Of a stretch of DNA of 64,000 nt, positions 28,205 through 41,453 are shown piece after piece. Position numbers and translations under genes: made by a program. Position 1 is the stretch's first letter. The number at the start of each line of letters is the position of its first letter. The notes under the pieces were generated by a model. The model did no database searches. It was given only the letters and a program-made list of their open reading frames with translations, and was not told the origin of the DNA. The stretch comes from Octopus bimaculoides (Eukaryota): contig NC_068981.1 of the NCBI RefSeq assembly GCF_001194135.2, positions 64,647,725 to 64,711,724 of the forward strand, written 5' to 3'.

Positions 28205-29436
28205 GTAAGACTATCTGTTTTTCACAGGACTGCTACATATTTATTTTTTATTTTTGTTTTTATCACTTATTCCTTTCAAATCTCACCCGACACATATATA
28301 TATATAAAAAAATATTCTGCTCTAGTCTATAAGTCTCTCATGTCCTGTTGCTTGATTCTTTCTCTCCGTTTTGTTTTACAAAACACGTTTCTGTTTTGTT
28401 TTTTTCTTTGTTTTTTGGGGGTTTTTTTCATACATATTTACGTTCTTTTACAATTTTTCTCCTTCAGAATATCTCCGTTCTCTAACGATAGATTTTTTTT
28501 CTATATATACATTTCATTCCATTTTTTCCCCACTTTCGTTCTTTTCGTCCGTCTTACTCGCACCAAAATGTGCATCTGCGTGTCGATTAGTATTCCTCAT
28601 TAGGTCGAGTTGAAATCGTTTTAGATGAAGAATGAAATATTGAATTCTGACGGCACATTAGTAATTTTATATGTTATCTCTAGTTTACAATATGGCTGTG
28701 AATCCCTACGAACAACCAAACATTACTCACTCGTCCATTCATGTGAATGGGTTTTTTGCTACAATAGGCACCCTCTCAATCATTTTCATGCTATATCATC
28801 TTCCATGATGATCCCCTTTCATTCATGCTTTATCTCTTTTTTTCTCATATGTGCGTAAGTTGTATGAGTATATATGTACACATGTGTGTGCATATGTGTT
28901 TGTATGTGGGATTTCGATATATATATGTGTTGAACGCAACACTTTCCCACCAATCTAATCTTAGGCATGATACCACCAAGTGCTTGATAAATAGTCAAGA
29001 ACAAGTTTAAAGTTTTGGAGCAGTACATCAGTTTACAGGATAGATATGGAAAACAGAATAAACATCAGAAAAGCAATATTGAAAAAGCTCAAGTGAAAAT
29101 ACCTATTTAGAGGTGGTCTAGTTTCTGTTTCTGTAAACTGGACTCGTGACTTGCTTCGTTGGTTAGCTTCATGAAGCGAAACTATGAGATACTACCGCGC
29201 AGGTACAACACGGCTTTTGTTTGGTCACCATTTCAAAGGAATAAAGATATGAATCGCATGAAGTGAATGAAATATCGATTTAAACTTTGTAGTTATTTTG
29301 TTAAGGTAAGAACATCTCTGAAGATGACACAACTGTTTGGTAGAAAATAAAGCAGAGAACGGAGAAGGAACGTTTAATATGGAGTTTAAACATGCATCGA
29401 ATGCATTAATCTACAGTTTTGACGACTCGACGTGGT

Positions 29437-29478
<42 letters not shown>

Positions 29479-30204
29479 TGAGTCTGTGTATGTGTGTTTT
29501 TGCGTGTATGTGTGCCATTGTGTGTGCGTATGTGTGAGGGTGTATCTGTGTGTTTGTCTGTGAGTCGATGGTGTGGTGATGGTGGTGGGGGTGCTCAGCA
29601 GCCATCATCAGTGATGGCTATATTTTCCGTGCAGATAGATTTATCAGGAAAGTTTCTAAAGCTTACCGCCAATATATATTAATACATATCTGCTATCTGA
29701 AATCATGTATACCAAATACATATTTGTAAATTTATTGAATATTGAATATATAATTTGCACTCTACAAAGTCGGCATCAGGTACAGCAACGACTTTCTGAA
29801 GGGAAAGTCGTATATGCAGAAGGAGGCAGTGTCCACTATTTAGTGCAATAAAGCTTTCTTCGTTACCGAAATTTAATCTATGATTTTTCAGGATCTTCTA
29901 TAGATAATTAACAAACCATCGTTAAAAGAAGCAAACACAGACTACTTTCAGACGTTTTCTTTTAACTGAAGTTATTTTATTTGTAAGCGTTCTCTATGAC
30001 ACATCAATTAAATTAATACTGTAAATTAATACTGAGTGTGTTGGAGATGATAATCGTGAACAATAGATTAATGTACTCAAAACTAAGATTTTCCATTAAT
30101 TGATAATTTCTACTGGTTCTCCCGTGGGCAAAAATCATAGGATCCATCTTAAGGTATGTCACCATCCAGAAATCAGGACATTTGAATGTCTGATGAAAGA
30201 TACC

Positions 30205-30235
<31 letters not shown>

Positions 30236-30399
30236 TTTGAGATTACTATTTCTAAATCTCATCTCGCATCAAAGGTTGTAATAGTTAATCAGGGTGGTGC
30301 CTAATCATCTTATTCTCATTCGCCCATTGATAGCTCTAGATTTAGTTCATCCTAAAATATGTCAATATCTTCTACAGTTCTGAGTGAATTATCTGTGTG

Positions 30400-30935
30400 T
30401 TTATGCCAGAAAGTATGATAGTGAATAATAGTGACCGTAGATGTGTGCTTTGATGTACACAATTTACAATAGATAACTTGGCAGAGAGAAAATAGTTCGC
30501 ATGAACAAATTATTTCCAGCCTTGTAAAAAAAAAATAATGAGACATACACCGAGTTTTCCAGTTATACTGAGATTAATTATGTATGATAGATGTTTCCGT
30601 GATTAATCTTGTCGAAAGCTTCATCAGAATCAAGGTATATGCAATTAGTGTCCTTACCATTTTGGAGTTTGTTAAGAGTGTTGTTGTAGCGTTGTAGTAA
30701 CCTTGTCAGGTAGCTGCATCCTATTTGAAAACTATGGAATGTATCTTCTAAGAGATTTTCTTCAAGATAGCTGATTGCTCTTTGCCGGACATTTCTCAAA
30801 CCTGTAGGATGCAAGTGAAACAAAGTCAGCAATTTTTCTTGTCTCACATCTGTAGCCTCCTTTGTGGATAGGTGTTGCTTGTTACTGTAACATTTTTTTT
30901 TCTTGTAGATTTTGGAATACGCCGGTCTCTAGAGA
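30400..30935 (-). pseudogene. CR1/L2-type LINE reverse transcriptase remnant
   Basis: Minus fragments SLETGVF..TPIHKGG..YLEENLLEDTFHSFQIGCSYLTRLL..NCIYLDSDEAFDKINHG..GITGKLG correspond to RT motifs PIHKxG, QHGFxxGRSCLTQLL and YLDFxKAFDxVxH. Confidence 0.8.
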
Positions 30936-32016
30936 GATTTGTAATAGCATTGACATTGATATATAACACGCACCCATGCACACACACACACACACATACG
31001 CACCCGCACTTTTCTTTTAAACATGTACTGAAAATTCTATGTTTTAATTCAATATCGTTTTTCTTTTTTGTATCTACTTATCAGATTGTTATAGTTCGTT
31101 TGGAAGTTCTTAAATTTATCTTTTTCAACGTTTCCAGGTTATTGCAGCCTCATATTCAGGAAGGGAGTGAGGTGAGTAGCTCTTCTGCTGCTCTATTCAT
31201 AGCTTGCTGTTTCAAGCGTGTATTTTGAATTTACTGTACCCTGTGTAACTTTTGCGTAAATCAGTAAATGTTTCATTTACCGATTTCTATATCGGAACAA
31301 GTATGTTTGGCTTCGCAGTAAACATTTGAAGATACATCAGTCGAAGCTCTATGTCTGGCGATCCACCGGCTTTCCGAGGGTACCCTGTGTTTTTAACACA
31401 TAAGTCTCTCATTGAGGCAAAATATTACAGCTAGACCCTTCAAAGTTTGTATGCACATTAGAAATGTTATCCACTCCCGTATTTTAATGTTACTTAACGA
31501 TGGCAGCATTGTTTCGTCTATTTAATTCTTCTTGTAAACCGATGGCTAATACATAACATGTAGTAAGAATGATAACTTAAATTTACAAACAATATATCAC
31601 CCATGAGCTATATCGATGAAATTTAAGTCTATAAAACGTGAGTCAACAGACAATGGAGTAAAGGAACAATTTTCACTCTGACTTACATGAAAGATTTAGG
31701 CAAATGCTGCAAGAAAAATTTAAAAGACGCTTTTTTCAAAATTACAAAACAGATTACTAGACTTCAACTAGATATGAACATTCATCACTAGATTTACACT
31801 AACAAATAGGAGATTACTTCTATCACAAGGCCTCCGATTTGTGGTTAATGAACGTTCCATTATATCGCCCCCAGGACTTGACTAATATTTTAGTTCATCT
31901 ATCCTGAAAAAATGAACAGTAAGGATCTTAGCAGAAAATGAAATCAGATGCTAATGAACCGTAAATAAATGCGGCGAAGAAAATTTCTCCGACGCTCTCT
32001 AAAAACGACAGCTAAT

Positions 32017-32196
32017 CATTAATTTCGAATTTTGGCACAAGGCCAGCAATTTGAACTGGTACTTCTTTTGTCGACCCCGAAAAGATGAAAGGCAATGTCG
32101 ACCACGGTGGAATGTGAACTCAGAACGTAAAGTCTGACGAAACACCGCTAAGCATGTTGCTCGCCATGCTAACGATTCTGCCAGCTCGCCGCCTTA
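32017..32196 (-). mobile_element. SINE family A, internally deleted, tail type 3, 12-bp TSD
   Basis: acgacagctaat at 32005-32016 and 32196-32207 flanks the reverse-complement head, core and tail. Confidence 0.9.
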
Positions 32197-32830
32197 CGAC
32201 AGCTAATTAGCATTACGCCAAGAAAGTTATTATAGCAATGAAATTTATCTACAGCAGCACCACCAATACCAACACCAAAGTATAACCTTCATCATCGCCA
32301 TTGACATATTCGTAATAAAAAAAAAAATCATCATCGTTATTGACTGTGTTCTGTTTTTAGTGTTAGTTTCATTCTGACATTTTGAAAATCATTTCTTTTA
32401 ATGTATTTTCACTCGTTTCAGTAAATTTTAGCGTCTGTTTTACATCATTTGCAGTGAATAGTCGCTGCTGCAGTTTGCTGTATGTACATATATCATCAAG
32501 ACGTGTAGACGTGTAAAGATACAGACATCCGCAGCTAAAATATGATCTCTCACATTCCACATCTGATATACACAATATAACAAAATATAAAAGGAATAAA
32601 GTATAACGAATAAGTAATGTAATACATCTTTGAAACGAAATCGGAGAGACGCTGAGTTGTACAGCGAAATATAGAAGTCTCATGGTCAGTAGGTCTCTAA
32701 AACCTTTGTGTGTTTACTGGTAAAAAGATAGTGTACGTGTCTATGATGTGTTTGTATACACACAGAGTATGTGTATATATATATGTGCGTGTGTATGCAT
32801 ATATATATATGCATGCATGTATACACACAT

Positions 32831-32907
<77 letters not shown>

Positions 32908-33124
32908 GGACAAAATCCAAAATTACAGGTAAAAAACTCAATTAAAATCAATCTTTTTTATTATATTTATCTTATGATATTTACTTTACTTTATATTATA
33001 CTCATTTATTGTGCTTTTAATTATTAATTTTTCAATATGTGATAGTGGATTTTCATCGATGAGTTCTTGAAAATTGATTATTTTCCCTAAAACTATATAT
33101 ATATATACATACATATGTATAGTA

Positions 33125-33625
33125 TATATAAATCGCAGTATGTGTGTGTATAATAACTAAGGCACACATTTCCAAAATTCTCAATCGATTTTCTCCAAAC
33201 TTTGCACACATGTCACTTATGTCCCAAGAATGGTCATGCACTATAACATTTTGCCCAGAGCTCCCGCGTAAAGGAACGTAAATGGACGTAAGCTTTTTGC
33301 ATGTAGTGTCTTCCATACTCTTTTAGTATTTTTATAAAAGTGAAAGGATTTTGTCTATTTATTTATTTCCACTGTCCACCTATATAAATCACAGTATGTG
33401 TGTGTTTGTCTAACGCATACATTTCCACAATTCTCAACCAATTCTCACCAAGCTTAACACATATTAGTTATGCCCTAACGATGGTCATGCACTATAACAT
33501 TTTGCCCAGAGCTCCTGCGTAACTGAATATAAATGGACATAGTTTTTTGTATGTAGAGTCTTCCATGCCTTTTAATCTTTTTATAAAAGTGAAAGAATTT
33601 TGACCATTTATTTCCGCTGTCCACC
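33125..33625. repeat. Two-unit tandem repeat (~256 + ~245 bp), possibly Helentron/HINE-derived
   Basis: Both units start tatataaatc(g/a)cagtatgtgtgtgt, share tggtcatgcactataacattttgcccagagctcc and end ctgtccacc; the units are diverged. Confidence 0.85.
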
Positions 33626-33904
33626 TACGATTCACCATGAACACTGTACGCGATGAATATCCAATTCTAAACCATCTTAGTCTACATATTTAAACTGCAT
33701 TAAACTTTGGCAAGCTTACCTTTACCTATTCTGAGTTACTTGAAAGGTAAAGTTCCCTTCCCTCTCTTCTATTTGTTGATATCTTTGCTTACCTTTGATA
33801 CCGTTGCATCACTTTAAGGATGTTTATTTACCCATCCATTATGGTATTTCGACCGTTGTCCATTGATTCAAATGTGTTTTAGTATTGTCGTTCTAGCCCT
33901 TTTT

Positions 33905-34088
33905 AAACAATCAACCAATGCTGGTGGGTTTAATGTCCTCGTAACATTGCGGTTCGGCAAAAGAACCGATAGAATACGTACTGGGCTTACAAAGAATAAT
34001 TCCTGGGGTTGATTTGCTCGACTAAAGGTGGTGCCCCAGCATGGCCGCATTCAAGTGACTGAAACAAGTAAAGAAAAAGAAAAGAATA
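33905..34088 (+). mobile_element. SINE family B, 3' half
   Basis: gcggttcggcaaaagaaccgatagaatacgtact..gatttgctcgactaaaggtggtgccccagcatggccgcattcaagtgactgaaacaagta. Confidence 0.9.
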
Positions 34089-34441
34089 TATATAGAGATA
34101 TAGATATAGATATATATACACATATACATATATATATATATATACATATATATATAGATTTGTGCATATATATATATATANNNNNNNNNNNNNNNNNNNN
34201 NNNNNNNNNNNNNNNNNNNNNNNNNNNNNNNNNNNNNNNNNNNNNNNNNNNNNNNNNNNNNNNNNNNNNNNNNNNNNNNNNNNNNNNNNNNNNNNNNNNN
34301 NNNNNNNNNNNNNNNNNNNNNNNNNNNNNNNNNNNNNNNNNNNNNNNNNNNNNNNNNNNNNNNNNNNNNNNNNNNNNNNNNNNNNNNNNNNNNNNNNNNN
34401 NNNNNNNNNNNNNNNNNNNNNNNNNNNNNNNNNNNNNNNNN

Positions 34442-35589
34442 AATTAAGGCAACCGACCTTTCGGTCTTTAATAACTATCAATAAATGTGATAAGAAATGA
34501 AAATTATACATCATTATAAAGGCTAAGTGTGTCTTCTTTTTCTTTCAGACTAAATAAATTCAGATGATAGCTATAGACCAAAATACAATCACAGCCCTCC
34601 TCAAAGGAGGCGAAAGTAATACAGCTATAGCAAAAGAGCTTAAAATTAACCGAACAATAGTCTGGGAAATTATTAAGAAATTTCAAGAGACTGGTTCTAC
34701 CACTGATCGACCTGGACGTGGCCGAAAATGAAGTGTGCGGACCCTTCAGTTTATCAGAAGTACCAGAGAAAAGATACGTCAGAAAATCAGCTGCCACAGA
34801 AAAATAAGCCGAGCATAGATGTATCGAGTTCTAAAGGAGGATATCAGAACCTACACCTACAAGGTAATTTGTTGTCATGCGCTCACGCTAGATTATAAGT
34901 CCATCAGACTGGGGAAAATCGCCTTATCCTGCGTCAGATTGCTGAAGGCACGCTGCCCAACCTGGTGTCTACTCATGAAAAGAAATTAGACGTCGAACAG
35001 ACAATAAGCCATCAGATTGACCGACTTTGGTGTGTATGTGGCTCCATCGTAAATCGAGGTCAAAATCTACAGTCAGTTATGGTTTGGGTAGCTATGACAG
35101 TCACCGGAAAGTCTCCCCTCGTTTTTGTTCCCAAGCTGAACTGTTTCCATGGGTGAATAAGCACTTTCAAGGCGCATCTTCGAGCCTCCATCAGGACTTG
35201 GCACGATCTCACAGTTCGAGACAGACACAATGGATTCAGAAAAATATTCCGTCGTTCAAAGGCAAGGATGTATGGCCCTCAAGAAGCCCCAATCTGAACA
35301 CGTTGGATTTTTTCTGTTTGGTCCATTTTAGAGACGAGGGTCTCAAACACTCCTCAAGCTTCGTCCGACGCTGTGAATGCAAAACTGCACCACAGATGGG
35401 CTTTGATTCTGCAAGAACAGCTGTGTGTCGCATGTGAAGCATTCGCACCTAGACTTAACGCTGTGATTCGAAACAGAGGTGGTCATATCAAATAAATGCG
35501 GCAGTGTCATAATTGGACCTAAAATATAACAATATTTTGCTTTGGCAAAATTCAAAAAGGTTAGTTGCTTTAATTTGGGACACTATGTA
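34442..35589 (+). mobile_element. maT (DD37D-like) Tc1/mariner element with decayed transposase (34564-35495)
   Basis: MIAIDQNTITALLKGGESNTAIAKELKINRTIVWEIIKKFQETGSTTDRPGRGRK*..SVMVWVAMTVTGKSPLVFVP..HQDLARSH..VWPSRSPNLNTLDF..RGGHIK* (36 residues D-to-D here). 3' TIR gttgctttaatttgggacactatg + TA at 35564-35589; aattaaggcaac at 34442 is the inner part of the 5' TIR, the rest lying in the gap. Confidence 0.9.
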
Positions 35590-36594
35590 TGTAGATATTT
35601 ATATCTAGATACATATATATATATATATATATATGTATATGCATAATGTGTATGTATGTATGTATGTATGTATTATGTATATGTCCTTTTGATTCACAAC
35701 GATATATTTTTATAATAGTCTCTGCATCTCTTTTTTTTTTAACAGATTCAGATAATCTCGAGAGCATTCGGCTTGTTTCGGAACTCTGTTAAGAGAGTAA
35801 TTCTTTTTATTTTTTTCCTTATCACTTCAACTGCTAAACATATTTGTCACGAGCAATACAAATCACATGAATGTCATTTCTACTTTATCACATTACATCG
35901 TATAAATGGCTAAGATTTCCAACCACACACGCACAGAATTGCACACGTACGCGCGCGCACGCAGACACACGCACACACACACACACACAAATACCGAAAT
36001 ATTCCCCGGAGGAACACATAATTGAATAAATAAAGGAATTAAATAAGAAATATAATCAATAATAATTATAGAAAAAAATGTTATGCAAAAAAAAATGTTT
36101 ATTGTTATTTTTTCGAAATCTGCTATTAAGTTCAAATGTCGTCTGCTCATCCAGTTGAAGTTAAAGTAACTTTACAAGATGTCGACCGTTAGCTTTCATT
36201 AAGTAGCATTTGTTTTTGTTTGTTTTTCATCCATTTATTAAATTATTTATATTTGTTGTCAATTGAACATCAGATCCTGCTATATATTTCTCTCTATTAA
36301 CCTTCTCTCTCACTTCACATCTCTTTGAAAGAAAAAAAAAGAAAGAAACAGACCAATGACAGACAAAAACGAAATATGAATCTTGTTCGTAACAAGGAAG
36401 CTGAAATCTTTACACTTTCATATCTGCATGTCCAACTACGTGATTTGAGACAGTGAAGCATGCTTTACAAAACCTGTGCGTGCTACTTCGAATGTAACTG
36501 GGACTTTTGACGGCTGGAGCGCTATGGTTCACATCACCGTGTATACGAGGTGCGTAAACGCAAACGCATGCACATGCGCTATGCACACATACAA

Positions 36595-36717
<123 letters not shown>

Positions 36718-36948
36718 TATTTATAAACATAACTATATACGCGTGTGTGACTGTGTTAGATGTGTTTTCATGCATTAAATACTTGTAATATCATTATAAA
36801 ATTTTATGTATATACAAGCATATATCTGCGTACAGATATCTGTGTATGTCTGTCAGTATGCCTATATAAGAGTATGTAAATATCCGTATATAACTCACAC
36901 AAACACATGCACATGGGTACGCCCGAACACATACGTATATATATTTTT

Positions 36949-36995
<47 letters not shown>

Positions 36996-37906
36996 CATAC
37001 ATACATACATGTATACACACACAGATACACACATACATACATACATTCATACATACGTATGTACATACATACATTTATATGTTGATACATAGAGATATAC
37101 GTATACACATACACACACATATACGTATATATACATAATGCATAACTAGATATTGTTGTGTGTGCGTGTATGTGTGAGTGTGTGAATGCGTGTGCATGTG
37201 TGAGTGTGTGTACGTGTGTGTGCTTGCTTGTGTGTGAGCGAAGACACTGCAATAATGACCCCAAAGGAAGACAAGAAGCGATTGTGCGACTGTGATCAAC
37301 TTCGGTCGTAACGCTTCGACTTGTTCGCGCCCGCCTGCAAACGCGTCTGTCGGAAGCGCTTCGACGTCGTCCCAAAGCTCTGAGCAAACACACTCGCGCG
37401 TGCGCAGATAGCAAAGATTAGCTTAAACATTTGCGTCTCTTTACATTCAATCGTGTGCTGGGTCTGGTGGCGTACGTGTCATTTGGTGAACAAGCGAAGT
37501 TTTTTCGTTTTGTCTTTTTTATTCCGGACACTCAACCCATACTTCGCTTAGAGAAAGCAGAGTTGCAAACGTTTATCTCAGCGCTTGCCTTTTATAAATT
37601 TTTCTTCCATTTTTGTTTGTTTTACTTACAGATATTTTCGTGTTTTATTGTTATTAGTATTAGTATTTTTCTTGTTGTTATTGTTGTTACTCTATCTCGA
37701 TTCTTCGATTTTAGTTATGATATTTTTTATGTGTGTCTTCTTTAATCAGTTCTGAAATAGAATTAAACAGCCACAAATGAGTTCTACTTTGGCACATGTG
37801 ATGATTGGCCATCAGAACTTAATAACAGAAATTAGAATCGTTAGACTGTTGGTTATCTGACTAGACGACTGGCTGGCTGGCTGGCTGGATAGATAGATAG
37901 ATAGAT

Positions 37907-37994
<88 letters not shown>

Positions 37995-38136
37995 ATTGAT
38001 TGATTGATTGATTGACTGAGGGATCGATGGATAGCTGATAGATGGTATGGATGAATGGATGGGTAGACAGACAGGCATATAAACAGACAGACAGACAGAC
38101 AGACATATAGATTGATAAACAGACAGACAGACAGAC

Positions 38137-38190
<54 letters not shown>

Positions 38191-38857
38191 TAGGCGGGAT
38201 GAATAGAAAGATAGATGGATTTTATGGCTGGGTGGTTGTTTGAATGGTTAGTCAGACGAATGGTTGACTTGTTGGTTGAATGTGAGGCTGAATGGCTAGC
38301 TTGCTGGCTTTCCGGCTGGAGGGATTGATAGATGAACGAATGTCTGTATGCATAGATAAATGGATGCTTGGGTAGATTGGTCCGTCTCTTGCTTGTACGG
38401 ATGGACGCAGTACTGCACCGTAGACAGCTGGTAAATCGTTCTACTACTAGCAGTAGTAGTAGTAGACAACTGGATTTTGTTGCTGTTGTCGCAGCTGGTG
38501 TTTTGCCCCTTGATCGAGAAGCACTCGTGATCAAATGCACTCTGTCCATGACCATCACATCATTTTCCTGTGTGTGGGATAAAGACAGTTCTGTCCCACA
38601 TTATCCAACGCGCATTTCTTTTATATGCCAAGGTGTGATTTGAAGATTTAGCTGCTCGGTCTAGCAGAAGCCTCCTCGTTGTATTGCTGCTGTAGTTAAT
38701 AATGGGGGGGGGGGCTGTTGTTGCCACTGGTAGTAGTGGTGGTGGGTGTGGTGATAATAGATTTTTCGTAGTAGAACGGTATTAGCATCTGTTCTTTGGT
38801 TATTTTGTATGTTTTAGTCAAGAGAGATCTTTCTTTCTCGAGTCGTACAGACCAATA

Positions 38858-39068
38858 GAACCGGTTTCCCAGTTTCTACGGTGTATATATATTCCCCTGC
38901 TGGACGGGACGCCGGTCCGTAGTAAGATTACTCATTTTTGCTCCAGCTGAGTGTACTAGACCAATGTAAAATGAAGTGTTTCATTTAAGAACACAACGCA
39001 TCGCCCGGTCTAGGAATCGAAACCGCAATCTTATGGTCATGAGTCCAACACCCTAACTACTTAGCCAA
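38858..39068 (-). mobile_element. SINE family C (tRNA head), diverged
   Basis: Homologous to 55371-55617. Confidence 0.8.
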
Positions 39069-39216
39069 CACTCTAACTTCTTGAGCCGCACACAAGAGAG
39101 TAGTTTATCCCCATACCCGTTACAAGATCTCTGAGGCTCGTAAGAGGGAAAAAGTAAAGTGCATTCACACCAGAGACCTGGTCCGAATGGTTGCAACAGA
39201 CTGAGGTCCTCTAAAG

Positions 39217-39734
39217 CAGTGCTGGTCCGCGGACTGGTGCCGGTCCGTAAGCGATCGGCTACCAGTACGCGGCGAGTTTCCAGAAAAGAAACATTATAAA
39301 ATGCTTATAAAATACTTATGTAATATTGTATTATTTGTTTATAAAATGAATATAAGATTAAAAAAATTGTCAACTTTTATTATATTCATCATATATATTT
39401 TATATATACACAGATGCAGCACAGAATCTTGTCAGTGAACAGGTCGCAGTCGCAAAGCGACGAAAATATTTTGACAAATTAAATTTAAATGTTGAAGTGA
39501 ATCTAACGGCTTTTGTGTTTTATTTTAAATGGCTTATAAACACCTTCCACGCTGCAATTGTTTTCGTTCCAGCACACGATCTCAGATCAGGTCACTTGCT
39601 ATGCAAGTACATCTCCGTAATTATATATATTTTTTCCGGTATAAATTAATATTACTGAGAAATATTACCGGTCCCTGACACATTGGGAAAAAAAAACTTC
39701 CGGTACGCCACATCAGATAGTTTGAGAAGCACTG
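39217..39734. mobile_element. Non-autonomous hAT (Charlie-type) element
   Basis: Ends cagtgct.. / ..agtttgagaagcactg; 8-bp TSD ctctaaag (39209-39216) / ctctaaaa (39735-39742), matching hAT TSD length and the Charlie-like NTCTA.AN target. Confidence 0.8.
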
Positions 39735-39799
39735 CTCTAAAACATCTTGAATGCCAGATGGTGGGGTTAAACTGAACAAGGAATTTAATCTACGGTCCA

Positions 39800-40030
39800 T
39801 GTAGGCGGCCACTGTGGGATTTGAACTCAGAATGCAAAAAGTCGAAACAAAAACTAAGAGACATCCGCTAAGACGCTCTTACATTTCCGCCAAATCACCT
39901 CCCAAAATTGGTACTTTTTTATCGATGAAAGGCAAAGTTTGACTTCGGCAGGGATTGAACTCAGAATGCAGAGGGAAAGAACAAAGACTATGTGGCAGTC
40001 TATGCGACGTTCTATTGACTCTGCAAATTC
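39800..40030 (-). mobile_element. Degenerate SINE family A fragments
   Basis: gggatttgaactcagaa and gatgaaaggcaaagtttgacttcggcagggattgaactcagaa. Confidence 0.6.
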
Positions 40031-40197
40031 GACTTTTGTTTTTGTTTTCTTTGTTATTGCTCAGGCAAAGGAGGAATTGCTTTCCCCCACGATCCAATTC
40101 AAGGCCTTCACGACTGAGGCGAATCGAATAATATATCCTCAGTCGAACACCCAATGGACGTCTGTAAAATCACCCAATCTTTATCTTTTGATATATC

Positions 40198-40617
40198 ATT
40201 TACTTGTTTCAGTTATTGAACTGTGGTCAAGCTGGGGCACCGCCTTGAACGGTTTAGTACTTATTTTAACAGAATCATTTTCCGAACCGCTAAGTTACAG
40301 GAACGAAAAGAAACCAACGAGCAATAGTAGAGACAAACACAATCACACACACTCATACACAGATACACACATATAGATACATACATCCATACGTACATAC
40401 ATACACGCATACATACATACATACATACATAAATACATACATACGTACATACATATAAACGACGGGGTTTCACACATTCTCCACCTACTACATTCATTGA
40501 CAAAGCACAGGTTGGCCCGGGGCTATAAGAAAAGACTCTTGCCCAAAGCGTAACACTGAGAATGAAACCGAAACCACGCGGTTACCAAGCAAGATTCTTA
40601 ACCACGCAACCACGCCT
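40198..40617 (-). mobile_element. SINE family B, near full length, old, with internal (TGTA)n
   Basis: Tail tttacttgtttcagttattgaactgtggtcaagctggggcaccgcc; head ..caagcaagattcttaaccacgcaaccacgcct. Confidence 0.8.
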
Positions 40618-41007
40618 CTTTGATTATATTAAAACGGGCGACGAGCCACGTTTACTAACCAAGAACAGGAACGGTCCATTCAACTGAGTTCCAAACAGTT
40701 TTCGTCTACAAAGTTTCATTTACAATGCTTTGATGGACCAGGGTGCAGTGCAATAAATTTGAACCTGAAATCATGTAGACATGAAACGAAGTTCTTAACC
40801 ATACAGCTATGTCTTCACCCAAAGTCTGACATAATTAGTGTTATTACCTACAACTGTTGTTGTTTTTCTATCTGCTGATGTTGTTGTTGTTGATAGTAGT
40901 TTGACAATAGTAGTGATAGTGGTGGTGGTGGTGGTGGTGGTCGCAGAAGTGACAGTATTGTTAGTGTAGGTAGTAGTTTCCTGATGACGATAATATTGAT
41001 AATACTT

Positions 41008-41240
41008 ATTTTTTTATTGCCCATAAGGGGCTAAGCATAGAAGGGACAAAGAAGGACAGACAAAGAGATTAAGTTGATTGCATCGACCCCAGTGCGTAAC
41101 TGGTAGTTATTTAATCGACCCCGAAAGGATGAAAGGCAAAGTTGAACCCGGTGGCATCTGAACTCAGAACGTAAAGACAGACGAAATGCCGCAAAGCATT
41201 TCGCCCGGTGCGGTAACGACTCTGCCAGTTCGCCGCCTTA
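41008..41240 (-). mobile_element. SINE family A, tail type 1
   Basis: Reverse complement ending ..ctgccagttcgccgcctta at 41240. Confidence 0.9.
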
Positions 41241-41453
41241 GTATATAATAATTGATAATATTGTACGTAATGGTAGTATATGTGGTAGTATTGATTGCTG
41301 TGGTTTCGGTAATAGTGGTGGTAGGTGATGGTGGTGCTGGTGGTGCTGGTACTTGTAGTAGCACACTTGTAATTTATCATTGTTGTATTACTGGTGCTAG
41401 CTGTGGTGATCGAGGTATATATTCATAGTTGCTGGTCTTACTGACGTTTGGAT

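Noticed and set aside
28680-29100. RTE-like peptide hints (LQYGCES; MENRINIRKA)
   Set aside because: Very short and in the wrong order for an RTE ORF.
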